A stretch of 64,000 nt of DNA. It comes from Minisyncoccia bacterium. Lineage in GTDB: Bacteria; Patescibacteriota; Minisyncoccia; Phycocordibacterales; UBA918. The notes below the pieces were generated by a model. The model was not told the origin of the DNA, did not search any database, and saw nothing but the letters and a program-made list of their open reading frames with translations. How positions within the stretch are numbered: the first letter of the stretch is position 1; every line of letters begins with the position of its first letter. Below are positions 47,242 to 56,982 of this stretch, in pieces. The translations under genes were made by a program, and so were the position numbers. The stretch is taken from positions 97,481 to 161,480 of the forward strand of contig JBGSJJ010000005.1 in the NCBI GenBank assembly GCA_041742075.1, in the 5' to 3' direction.

Positions 47242-48494
47242 TGTCTACTAAGGCAGTTACATTTAAAGTAGAAGCACGTGGTAAAGGTACTCTAGCGCGA
47301 GCGGGAGTTATTTCTACCCCGCATGGAGATATACAAACGCCGGCATTTGTTGTGGTTGGAACCAAGGCAAGTGTGAAGAGCTTGATGCCCGAAGACATGA
47401 CGCAGTATGTTGGCAATCAAGTAACGCTCGCTAATACCTACCATCTCTTTCTTCAGCCGGGGCATGAAGTTATAAAAGCTGGCGGAGGACTGCATACCTT
47501 TGCAAACTGGCAGATGCCAACCATGACCGATTCGGGTGGTTTTCAGGTATTTAGTCTTGGTGCCGCCTTTGGCAAAGGGGTGACAAAATTCGCCAAAGGT
47601 GACGTCGATACCGAGACGAGTGTACCTGCCAAAGCTGGCCTCAACGTCTATAGCCAGAAGTTTGCCGAAGACCACGGTAAGCTCTGTATTATTGATGAAG
47701 AAGGTGTGACGTTTACGTCACACATCGATGGCTCGATGCACCGCTTCACCGCTGAACGCTCGATAGAGATTCAGCACGCTATTGGTGCTGACATCATTAT
47801 TGCTTTCGATGAGTGTACGGCGCCGGCTGCTGACTATGACTACCAGAAGGAAGCGATGGAAAGAACGCACCGCTGGGCCAAGCGCTCAATCATGTCACAC
47901 AAACAAAACTATGAAGCGCTTAAGAAGCAAGGGCTTTACGGTGTCGTGCAAGGCGGACGGTTTTTGGATTTGAGACAAGAGAGTGCTCGAACGCTTAGTG
48001 ATATGGATTTTGATGGCTTTGGTATTGGCGGGAGTTTTTCTAAAGAAGACTTAGGCGAGTCACTCAAGGTAGTAAATGAGTTATTGCCTGAAGATAAACC
48101 AAGACATCTCCTCGGTATTGGTGAACCAGAGGATATTGTAAATGGTGTTCTCATGGGGTGCGATACGTTCGACTGCGTGGCACCAACTCGGATTGGCCGA
48201 ACTGGTACCATTTACGTACAAACGGGCGTTATGAAGACAACCCCATGTGGTACCTTTACCTATCCTGAAACTAAGAAAATAAATCTCCTTAATGAAAAGT
48301 ATAAAACTGACCACACTCTGCTTGATCCGCTAAGTGAAGGCTACGTAGCAGGGAAGTACACCAAAGCCTACGTAGCCCACCTTTTCCGCTCTGGTGAAAT
48401 CCTCGGTCCGCACTTGGCTTCTATTCACAACCTCAACTTCATAGTCAGTTTCACTAAAAACTTACGAGCACAGATACTATTGAAATATTCTTAA
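47241..48494 (+). CDS. tgt: tRNA-guanine transglycosylase
   Basis: TPHG.IQTP, LANTYHL, TDSGGFQVFSL, FDEC, VVQGG, PRHLLGIG, D.FDCVAPTR. Confidence 0.93.
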   Translation: MSTKAVTFKVEARGKGTLARAGVISTPHGDIQTPAFVVVGTKASVKSLMPEDMTQYVGNQVTLANTYHLFLQPGHEVIKAGGGLHTFANWQMPTMTDSGGFQVFSLGAAFGKGVTKFAKGDVDTETSVPAKAGLNVYSQKFAEDHGKLCIIDEEGVTFTSHIDGSMHRFTAERSIEIQHAIGADIIIAFDECTAPAADYDYQKEAMERTHRWAKRSIMSHKQNYEALKKQGLYGVVQGGRFLDLRQESARTLSDMDFDGFGIGGSFSKEDLGESLKVVNELLPEDKPRHLLGIGEPEDIVNGVLMGCDTFDCVAPTRIGRTGTIYVQTGVMKTTPCGTFTYPETKKINLLNEKYKTDHTLLDPLSEGYVAGKYTKAYVAHLFRSGEILGPHLASIHNLNFIVSFTKNLRAQILLKYS

Positions 48495-48516
48495 AACGTA
48501 GTATATTATTAAAACT

Positions 48517-48885
48517 ATGTTATCTGCTGGGGTTATAAAAAAGAAAGTTGCTACTTCAAAGAAGCAAATGCCAGTATCTTCGATTTCTGTTGTTTATAAG
48601 AGCCAACAAGGTATGTGGCGTGGATTTGTTGTGCCATATGACGTTACTTATGAAGGTAACTCAAAGAAAAAAGTACTTGAGATACTTCAGAGCATGAGAG
48701 ATTTGTACGTTCAAGGACTGTATAGATACAATAGCCCAACCCATTTGTCTGACGTGCCACTTTCAGACGATGAAGATATAAAAGTTTTTAATCGTATTTC
48801 TCCTGAGCTGCTGAAAAGAACTTTGACTGGAAACTTCAAATTTGAGTCAAAAGATTTATATGCAGAAGCTCAATTACCCGCTTAA
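48517..48885 (+). CDS. HicB-like antitoxin (divergent)
   Basis: VVYKSQQGMWRGFVVPYDVTYEGNSKKKVLEIL....DLYV resembles the HicB partial RNase H fold; AT-rich. Confidence 0.5.
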   Translation: MLSAGVIKKKVATSKKQMPVSSISVVYKSQQGMWRGFVVPYDVTYEGNSKKKVLEILQSMRDLYVQGLYRYNSPTHLSDVPLSDDEDIKVFNRISPELLKRTLTGNFKFESKDLYAEAQLPA

Positions 48886-49141
48886 TGTATATATTAAAGC
48901 TGTTGAAGCAATCCTAGAAAGAAAGGGCTTAAGTCATATTAAGTGTTATGAAGGAAGTAAAGGTAGTGCTGTTCATTTTGATCTTTTTGTAAAAAATGAA
49001 TTAAAACCATTAGCTATGTGGCAGGTACATACTGAACATAAATCCAAAAGACGAATCGTCTCAAAAGAAGACTATAAAAAAGCTTGCCGTCATCTTGGTG
49101 TGACATTAGAAGATTTTGTAGATGTCCTTAATGAAATTTAA
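48860..49141 (+). CDS. HicA-like toxin (divergent)
   Basis: LERKG...GSKGSAVHF...VH..H...LGVTLEDF, a HicA-like pattern; overlaps the upstream gene and uvrB. Confidence 0.5.
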   Translation: MQKLNYPLNVYIKAVEAILERKGLSHIKCYEGSKGSAVHFDLFVKNELKPLAMWQVHTEHKSKRRIVSKEDYKKACRHLGVTLEDFVDVLNEI

Positions 49142-51146
49142 ACTCGCAACCGACAAAACACCAGCTGGAGACCAACCAAAAGCCATTGAGGCCTTGGTTA
49201 AGGGTATTCGTGCCGGCTATACACACCAGACGCTCCTTGGTGTAACTGGCTCTGGTAAGACCTATACGGCAGCGAACGTCATTGCGCAAATTCAGAAGCC
49301 GACTCTGGTCATCGCCCACAACAAGACGCTAGCGGCCCAGCTCGCGCAAGAGTACCGTGACTTTTTCCCGGACAATGCCGTTCATTACTTCGTCTCCTAC
49401 TATGACTACTATCAGCCTGAGGCGTATATGCCAACTTCTGATACCTACATTGAGAAGGAGGCGCAAATCAACGAAGAAATTGACCGCCTTCGGCACGCTT
49501 CGACTCAGGCGCTTTTAACGAGAGACGATGTGATTATCGTCGCTTCGGTTTCGTGTATTTATGGACTCGGTGCACCAACTGAATACCTGAAGCGTCACAT
49601 TAAGTTTGAAAAAGGTTTTCAAACGACGCGAACAGAGCTTCTTCGAACACTGATTGATTTATACTTTGAACGAACCAACGCTGACCTTACGCCCGGTCAG
49701 TTTCGGGCGGTCGGAAATACTGTTGAAATCATGCCAACGAACGAACGGGTTATTTTCAGACTCAGTTTTACGGCTAACACGGTCACTTCTATCACCAAGA
49801 TAGACGCCGTCACGAGAGAAATTATCGAAGAGTCGGAAGTATTTTTTTTGTTCCCCGCTAAGCACTTTGTTACGCCAGAAGATGAACGCAAGGTAGCTAT
49901 CGAAGACATTAAGCTTGAACTTGATGAACAACTCAAAAAATTTAAAGCGGAAGGCAAGCTCCTTGAAGCAGAGCGTATCAAACGTCGAACCCAATACGAC
50001 CTGGCTCTACTAAGAGAAGTTGGCTACTGCAATGGTATTGAAAACTACTCGCGTCACTTCGATAGACGTAAGGCCGGCGAACCGCCACACACACTGCTTT
50101 CATATTTTCCACACAAGGAAGATGGTACACCAGACTTCCTTACCATTATCGATGAATCACACGTTACTATTCCGCAAATTAACGGCATGTATGCTGGCGA
50201 CCGCTCACGCAAGGACACGTTGGTAGAGTTCGGTTTCAGACTACCGAGTGCAGTTGATAACCGACCACTTAAGTTTGCTGAGTTTGAGAAAAGTGTTGGT
50301 CAAAGAATCTATACCTCAGCTACTCCAGGTAAGTATGAGTATGCTGAATTAGAGCGTAGCGGGGTAAAAATGATTGAACAAATAATTAGGCCAACTGGTT
50401 TGGTTGACCCGATCATCGACGTACGACCGATCATACAAACAGCTGATTACCCAGGTCAGATTAAAGACTTTATTGATGAAGCCATTACGGTGATACAGGG
50501 TGGTATGCGCGTTCTTACCACCACACTGACTAAGAAAATGGCTGAAGACTTATCTGAATACCTAACAGAGAAGGGAGTTAGTACCAAGTATATTCATAGT
50601 GATATTCAGACACTAGAACGTATCGACATCATGATGGATTTTCGAAAAGGGAAGTTCGACTGCTTGGTGGGGGTGAACCTACTCCGAGAAGGTCTCGATT
50701 TACCGGAGGTCGAACTTGTTGCTATTCTTGATGCCGACAAAGCTGGTTTTCTCCGCAGTGAGACCGCCCTCATTCAAACTATCGGCCGAGCCGCCCGTAA
50801 CGTAAACGGTAGAGTAATTCTCTATGCTGACCAAATGACTGACGCGCTCGAGTACGCTATTTCTGAAACTAATCGACGTCGGGAATTACAACTAAAGTAT
50901 AATGAAAAAAACGGTATCACTCCGACCACTATCGCTAAAGAAATCCGCTCGATCGCTGATCAGCTCCGTACCAAGCATGACGAGACTGTTGAAACCCTCC
51001 TCAAAGTTGATGTGGCTTTATTTAAACAAAATCCGAAGAAAATCATTAAGGAAAAGCGTCGACAAATGGAGGAAGCGGTCGCCATTTTGGACTTTGAAAC
51101 TGCAGCTATTATACGAGATGAGATTAAATACCTAGAAACACTATAG
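49131..51146 (+). CDS. uvrB: Excinuclease ABC subunit B
   Basis: PAGDQP, LLGVTGSGKT, HNKTLAAQL, YYDYYQPEAY, DESH, QTIGRAARN, C-terminal UVR motif. Confidence 0.97.
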   Translation: MKFKLATDKTPAGDQPKAIEALVKGIRAGYTHQTLLGVTGSGKTYTAANVIAQIQKPTLVIAHNKTLAAQLAQEYRDFFPDNAVHYFVSYYDYYQPEAYMPTSDTYIEKEAQINEEIDRLRHASTQALLTRDDVIIVASVSCIYGLGAPTEYLKRHIKFEKGFQTTRTELLRTLIDLYFERTNADLTPGQFRAVGNTVEIMPTNERVIFRLSFTANTVTSITKIDAVTREIIEESEVFFLFPAKHFVTPEDERKVAIEDIKLELDEQLKKFKAEGKLLEAERIKRRTQYDLALLREVGYCNGIENYSRHFDRRKAGEPPHTLLSYFPHKEDGTPDFLTIIDESHVTIPQINGMYAGDRSRKDTLVEFGFRLPSAVDNRPLKFAEFEKSVGQRIYTSATPGKYEYAELERSGVKMIEQIIRPTGLVDPIIDVRPIIQTADYPGQIKDFIDEAITVIQGGMRVLTTTLTKKMAEDLSEYLTEKGVSTKYIHSDIQTLERIDIMMDFRKGKFDCLVGVNLLREGLDLPEVELVAILDADKAGFLRSETALIQTIGRAARNVNGRVILYADQMTDALEYAISETNRRRELQLKYNEKNGITPTTIAKEIRSIADQLRTKHDETVETLLKVDVALFKQNPKKIIKEKRRQMEEAVAILDFETAAIIRDEIKYLETL

Positions 51147-51184
51147 TTCTAGACAGGATTAAAAGGGTGATATACTAGTCATAT

Positions 51185-51553
51185 ATGAAAAAAATACTTC
51201 TGGTTGAAGACGATGCGTATATCCGAGACATTACAGCGACAAGACTCCAGGAACATTCATTTGAAGTATTTACTGCCGGCACTGGCGAACAGGCATTAAC
51301 CCAAATGGACACTGTCGTTCCAGACTTAGTCCTTATGGATTTAGATCTACCTGATACCTATGGCCTCGATATTTTGGCTGAAATGAGAGATAACGATTCA
51401 CTAAAGCTAGTGCCAGTGATTGTGTTTACCAACAACGATGCACCGGAAATTATAGAAAAAGTTATGACCTCAGGTGCGCAAGATTTTTTCAATAAAGCGA
51501 TGACTGATTTCGATCAGCTCCTTGAAGTGATCCAAAAAAACATAGGAAGCTAG
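51185..51553 (+). CDS. Stand-alone response regulator receiver
   Basis: ILLVEDD, DLVLMDLDLP, VIVFTN, K; TGATATACT at 51168. Confidence 0.9.
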   Translation: MKKILLVEDDAYIRDITATRLQEHSFEVFTAGTGEQALTQMDTVVPDLVLMDLDLPDTYGLDILAEMRDNDSLKLVPVIVFTNNDAPEIIEKVMTSGAQDFFNKAMTDFDQLLEVIQKNIGS

Positions 51554-51617
51554 CTCGTCCATAGTTATCGACAGTTTAGAGTAAGGAACTCAACCTCTTT
51601 CCTGTATACTTACCAGT

Positions 51618-54299
51618 ATGAAATCCACTCCAAAAGTGGCTAGAGAAACTAAAGTCTCCAAAAAAGATTCAGTCAAAGCTGAAAAGCTTTCTTCGTCTAA
51701 ACCAAAAAAGAAGCTTGTACTGAAGACAGCCAAGTCTTCTTCTAAGAAGGCATCCACCGTTGCTATTAAAAACAAAACTACGGTCAAGGAGCGGATGTTG
51801 AGCAAAATGTCTAAAGTGGAAGCCTTACACGGCTCGAAGAAGACAGATCCTGTAAAGTCTAAAACGTTTAAAGAGAACAAGTCAAAGGCTTTGGCTATAC
51901 TGTCACCTTTTAGGTTACCGTTTGACGCTCAGATAGTCGCTAAACAGACCGCCCGCTACGGAGGTATTACTTTTGTCACTGTTGGTGCTCTTTTTGCGTT
52001 GTTTTATGCTCAGTTGATCCAGCTCCCCATCAATGCCACTAGCCAACTTAGTCAAGCGTGCTCTTCATCCGATGTGACGTGTATTACAGAACAAGGAGTA
52101 AACTTGCTTGAGCGAAACAACGACAATATCACTGAACCAAGTGGCGTACTACAGCAACCGACCATAGCTAGTACTACACCACCCAAAGTGCCGACCATCT
52201 CACGTCCGCCAGCTATCTTTACGATTGGAGCCACAGAACCATACCGAGGTATTTTACCTATAAACCTCACTGTGGCTGAAGCTACTTCAGTTCGTATTTC
52301 TGCCTACTTTGAAGGCTCGGGTAGAAACATTAACCTCGGTAGTGCTCGGCAAGAAAATGGTGCCTGGGTGTATACCTGGAATACAACAAATTTTGATAAT
52401 GGTCGCTACCGACTCAAAGCCTTGATAACCAATAAAACTGGCTCATACGAAGCAGTCCATCCAGATCGAGTCGTGATTGAGAACGTTGTTGTTACTGAAG
52501 AAGAGGAAGACATTGAAGCAGAAGAGCAGGCAATCAGTCAAAACAACAACACTCTTAACTACGAGTATAATTTTGACAAAACAAGTATTACTTTGTCCCA
52601 GGAGTTTCCTGATCCAAAAGTTTCTGACAATGTAAAAATTTACTTTGTTGACACGACAAACAGCCAGAAAAAGTTTTTAAATGAATCACACTTCTATAGC
52701 TACCTACTACAGGCTAACGACTCTGGAGCCTTTACCTGGAAAGTAACCATTAAGGCGCCGAACCTCCCGAGTGGCAAATACGTAATTCGTACCGAGCGCT
52801 TTCGAAATAATGTCTTAATTGATATTGGTAAAAAAGAAATTGACTACAAAAACAGTAACTTCAACACAATTGAAGATTCAGGAGACTTAGTAAAGAACGA
52901 GACTGGAGCCGTTATCTCGGTTCGTGGAGCGCAGTCCCTCAGTAAGTTCGCAGACGTAGTAGTTGAAACATCAGATGCAACTTTTGCAGAAGTTTACGCT
53001 GTTAATACCGCTTCAGTCAACAACATCTTCCTTGGCCTCGCAAGAAAGACTGGTACAGGAACCTGGGTACTTAACTGGGATACGAAGCAAATTCCAAATA
53101 GCACCTACCAGCTATTTGCACGAATTGGTGGCTCAAAAGGTATCTACGAAACAAACCGTATCACCGTAAATATAAGAAATGAACGACAGACGACACCAAC
53201 TATCACCGAGGTTGAGGAGTTAACTACCCGCACCGAAGAAATCAAAGTTATTCTTAATGATAATGTACTTCTTAAGAGTAATCTTTGGAATTCTGACCAA
53301 GGTACTTCTACCGAACCACTATTCAATGATTTCTTATTAGACTACCAAGATACGCTTCAAGAAGAGTTCCAGCGCTACGCCGCTGCTATCCGCTCTGGCA
53401 ACGAAAGCTCTATAGCAGTAGCTAACACTCGTCTTCTAGGACTTGAAAATGAATACTTAAGTGTAATTGCTGGTGCCCCAAACAATGAAGAACTAGAGCG
53501 AATTTTTACAGAATACATAGCAAACGCCCGAGCTCGGATTGAAGGTGATGTACTCAAAATTGAACGTATTGTTTCAGAACGAACAAGTGAATCGATGCTC
53601 GTTGACTCTGACCGAGACGAAGTGTCTGACTTTGACGAAATTTATATTTACAAGACTAATCCCTTTTCTGCCGACACCAGTGGCAAGGGTATCCCAGACG
53701 GTGTTGCTATTTTAAATGGCCTTGATCCACTGAGTACTGATTCAAATGCCTCGATAGTCTTTGAGTCACCAAAGGACATTGGCGTTATTCGTGAAGATAT
53801 TTTGAGTGTACAAAGTATTACTGCAGTAGCTCAAGATGAATCAACAGGTGATGTAACTGCAACTGTAGCTCCAGCAGTTATTTCAGGAACTGCCTTACCA
53901 AATAGTTTTGTTACAATCTATATCTTTAGTAATCCAATCGTAGTAACCGTTAAAACAGAAGCTGATGGAAGCTGGCAATACAGATTTGAAAAGGAGCTTG
54001 AAGACGGTGAACACTCCGTATATGTAGCCTTAACTGACAACTCTGGTCGTATTATTGCCCGCAGTGAGCCATTTAGTTTCATCAAGCAAGCGCAAGCGTA
54101 TACAACAATTGATGAAGCGCTGTCTGGTAGTGTCTCAAATCAGACTGATTCAAATGACTACTCATTCTTCTCTTCATCACTTATTTATCTTGTTCTTTCC
54201 TTCGCGGTTGTAACAATTGGCCTCGTACTTCTTCTTCTTGGTATGTTTCTTGACAAGCGTCGCAAGGTCGAGAACATGATGCAAGAAGAAACTTTGTAA
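51618..54299 (+). CDS. Membrane protein: Lys-rich N-terminal tail, Ig-like domains, Ca-binding DxDxD repeats, C-terminal TM
   Basis: WNT....NG.Y.L.A and WDT..IPN..Y.L.A Ig repeats; DSDRDEVSDFDE...TNP..ADT.G.GIPDG....G.DPL; two TMs. Confidence 0.8.
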   Translation: MKSTPKVARETKVSKKDSVKAEKLSSSKPKKKLVLKTAKSSSKKASTVAIKNKTTVKERMLSKMSKVEALHGSKKTDPVKSKTFKENKSKALAILSPFRLPFDAQIVAKQTARYGGITFVTVGALFALFYAQLIQLPINATSQLSQACSSSDVTCITEQGVNLLERNNDNITEPSGVLQQPTIASTTPPKVPTISRPPAIFTIGATEPYRGILPINLTVAEATSVRISAYFEGSGRNINLGSARQENGAWVYTWNTTNFDNGRYRLKALITNKTGSYEAVHPDRVVIENVVVTEEEEDIEAEEQAISQNNNTLNYEYNFDKTSITLSQEFPDPKVSDNVKIYFVDTTNSQKKFLNESHFYSYLLQANDSGAFTWKVTIKAPNLPSGKYVIRTERFRNNVLIDIGKKEIDYKNSNFNTIEDSGDLVKNETGAVISVRGAQSLSKFADVVVETSDATFAEVYAVNTASVNNIFLGLARKTGTGTWVLNWDTKQIPNSTYQLFARIGGSKGIYETNRITVNIRNERQTTPTITEVEELTTRTEEIKVILNDNVLLKSNLWNSDQGTSTEPLFNDFLLDYQDTLQEEFQRYAAAIRSGNESSIAVANTRLLGLENEYLSVIAGAPNNEELERIFTEYIANARARIEGDVLKIERIVSERTSESMLVDSDRDEVSDFDEIYIYKTNPFSADTSGKGIPDGVAILNGLDPLSTDSNASIVFESPKDIGVIREDILSVQSITAVAQDESTGDVTATVAPAVISGTALPNSFVTIYIFSNPIVVTVKTEADGSWQYRFEKELEDGEHSVYVALTDNSGRIIARSEPFSFIKQAQAYTTIDEALSGSVSNQTDSNDYSFFSSSLIYLVLSFAVVTIGLVLLLLGMFLDKRRKVENMMQEETL

Positions 54300-54303
54300 C
54301 TTT

Positions 54304-55683
54304 ATGGTTTCATACGCCATTCGAATGATTTTACGTGGCGGAGAGTATCTACGTTCACATCCACAACTTTTGTTTGTGTTGACACTTCTCGTGGTGATTC
54401 CACTTCTTTTTCTCTACAGTGGTCAGCAGTTTCTCGACGCTGGTAGAGCCAACCAAGATCGCTTACAGCGAGATAAGGTAGGTATTTTGCATGATGTGTT
54501 TGCATCACTTATCATTAGTTCAGATTTCAATAATGAAGTAATCCAAAATGAAATTGACAGAATAGCGAGAGTAAACAATGACATTGTCGACTTTAGAGTC
54601 GTCACCCTTGAAGATGGTATAGCTACTCCTATTGCCGCCCTTGATAGAGAGAAAATCGGTACCCTGGAGTCCTTCACTGACATGTTTGTTAACTCAACAG
54701 TTCGTGTAGATGAGTCACTTATATTTGAGATACCTACCTCGGATGGTCGTGTCTGGTTGTCGTATCGTTCGGTACGAAACCCAGACACTGGAGTGTTTTA
54801 CATTATTCATACTGAAACCTCTCTTGAGCTGATTGACCGCCTTTTTGCCCAACGAGAACAGTCAGCCCTTTTTTCTTTGTTATACATTTTTATTTTTATC
54901 TTGGGTCTAGCCTATTGGCATATCAGGATGTCGGATTATCGCTATTTATATCTCACTGAGAAAAAGCATAACGACGCAAAAGATACGTTTATCAACGTAG
55001 CCGCTCATGAACTAAGGGCACCGCTCACTGCTATGAAAGGCTATTCAGACATGCTCGGCGAAAAACTTACCGATGATACCCAAAAAGAATATGCGTCGCG
55101 TATATCCGTTTCTACTGAACGACTTCTTGAGATGGTTAACGACCTGCTTGACGTTGCCCGTATCCAGTCAGGTAAAATTGAAGTTGTCTTGGGCTACGTT
55201 GATGTTTCAAGAGTGGTTAATGAAGTTATTGAAGAACTATCGGTTACCGCCACAGAGAAAAATATTACTCTTACGAGTAAGGGGGCTGAAACACCACACC
55301 AAGCAATTGCTGACCAGGCTAGACTGCACCAAGTTCTCACAAACGTTATTAATAACGCGATTAAGTACACACCAAAAGGCAACATCGAAGTTGCCGTTTC
55401 AGCACGACACCGAACACTTGAAATACGTATAAAAGATACCGGTATGGGTATTGAAGCCGAGGACCAGAAAAAGTTGTTTGCACCGTTCTTCCGGGTTAAA
55501 ACCGCAGATGTCACCTCGATTACCGGTACCGGTCTTGGGATGTGGATTACCAAACAGTTAGTCTCAGTGATGCAGGGCACGATTGGCGTGGAGTCTATTA
55601 GTGGTGTTGGAACTCATATAGTGATTACCTTACCAACAAAAAGTGAGACGGTCGGTGTACACAAAGCAGAAGCAAATCTGTAA
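54304..55683 (+). CDS. Membrane sensor histidine kinase
   Basis: Two TMs; H-box AHELRAPL, NAIKYT, DTGMGI, GTGLG. Confidence 0.93.
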   Translation: MVSYAIRMILRGGEYLRSHPQLLFVLTLLVVIPLLFLYSGQQFLDAGRANQDRLQRDKVGILHDVFASLIISSDFNNEVIQNEIDRIARVNNDIVDFRVVTLEDGIATPIAALDREKIGTLESFTDMFVNSTVRVDESLIFEIPTSDGRVWLSYRSVRNPDTGVFYIIHTETSLELIDRLFAQREQSALFSLLYIFIFILGLAYWHIRMSDYRYLYLTEKKHNDAKDTFINVAAHELRAPLTAMKGYSDMLGEKLTDDTQKEYASRISVSTERLLEMVNDLLDVARIQSGKIEVVLGYVDVSRVVNEVIEELSVTATEKNITLTSKGAETPHQAIADQARLHQVLTNVINNAIKYTPKGNIEVAVSARHRTLEIRIKDTGMGIEAEDQKKLFAPFFRVKTADVTSITGTGLGMWITKQLVSVMQGTIGVESISGVGTHIVITLPTKSETVGVHKAEANL

Positions 55684-55756
55684 TAAGTGGATTTTCTGCA
55701 ATGTAGAGTGATAAACCTTGCTATACTATATTTAGTTAAATTAGTAAAGAAAATAT

Positions 55757-56974
55757 ATGATTATCGCATCAACATCAGTGAATTCTGGCTCAGATGACTT
55801 CGTAGTCGGCGTGTCAGCGGCCTCAGTGGCACTCAGTGACTTACAACAAAAAAAACCAGGTGCACTTCCTGTTGTTGTATACCTATTTGTTTCAATAAAC
55901 TATGACTTTGCGCTTGTTATTAAAGGAATCCGTTCAGTAATCGGTGAAGAAGTTTTAATTGTTGGTTCTTCAACCGCAGGTGAAATTTCTAATGCTGGAC
56001 CCGCCCCACGTCCTTCAGTCGCGCTCATGTTTTTGTATTCCGATAGTATTCATTTTACTTCAGCTATAGCAAACGACATAAGCACTGACTCGCAAAAAGC
56101 TGGGTCAGATGTTGCTTTTTCAATTCTTCAAAATTCTCCTGAAGCACTTAAGCTCGTTATGATGTTTGCAGACGGACTTAAAGGTAACGGTTCTGCGATT
56201 TTACGTGGACTCATCTCGCATTTAGGTGATCAATTTCCAATAGTGGGTGGCTCTTCTGGCGATAATGGCCACTTCGTTGAAACGAAACAGATTTTTCAAA
56301 ACTCAGCGTATACAGACTCAGTAGTCGGAGTTGGTATTTCAGGACCACTTGAATTTTCTGTTGGGGTCAACCATGGATGGAGTGCGGTTGGTGCACCGAG
56401 AACTGTTACAAATGCAACCGGAACGGTTGTACATACTATAGACAACGAACCAGCACTATCTTTGTATGCCCAATACTTAGGTGAAGACGAAATTGCAAAT
56501 CTTAAATCTACAACCTTAGGTGCTGTAGCTCTTTCGTATCCCCTAGGTATCAAGGATAATCAAAGTGGTGAAATGCTCCTACGGGCTCCTTTTGCTGTGC
56601 AGCCAGATGGATCTATTGTTTGTGGTGGTGAAGTAAAAACTGGTTCAATCATACAACTTATGATTGGAACAAAAGAAGACGCTATTCTCGCAGCAAGAAA
56701 AGCTGCCGAAACTGCAATGGCAGGACTTGGCAAAAAACCAGAAGCCGCTTTTATTTTTAGTTGTCACGTACGAAATACTCTTTATGCTAATCTAGAAGCC
56801 TCAAGTGCAGAAGTTAGTGCCATACAAGAAGTAATCGGATCCGATGTGCCAATGATTGGATTTTATACATATGCTGAACAGGCACCAGTCGGTGGAGTAA
56901 CCCATAACATTCATAGCTGTAATCCAGAGTTTCATAACGAAACTGTAGTCCTTGTCTTAATTGCAGAAACGTAG
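55757..56974 (+). CDS. FIST (FIST_N + FIST_C) domain sensory protein
   Basis: GSSTAGEI, FADGL, IVGGSSGD, HGW, IDNEPA, FSC..R, GFYTYAE. Confidence 0.9.
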   Translation: MIIASTSVNSGSDDFVVGVSAASVALSDLQQKKPGALPVVVYLFVSINYDFALVIKGIRSVIGEEVLIVGSSTAGEISNAGPAPRPSVALMFLYSDSIHFTSAIANDISTDSQKAGSDVAFSILQNSPEALKLVMMFADGLKGNGSAILRGLISHLGDQFPIVGGSSGDNGHFVETKQIFQNSAYTDSVVGVGISGPLEFSVGVNHGWSAVGAPRTVTNATGTVVHTIDNEPALSLYAQYLGEDEIANLKSTTLGAVALSYPLGIKDNQSGEMLLRAPFAVQPDGSIVCGGEVKTGSIIQLMIGTKEDAILAARKAAETAMAGLGKKPEAAFIFSCHVRNTLYANLEASSAEVSAIQEVIGSDVPMIGFYTYAEQAPVGGVTHNIHSCNPEFHNETVVLVLIAET

Positions 56975-56982
56975 TCTTTACT

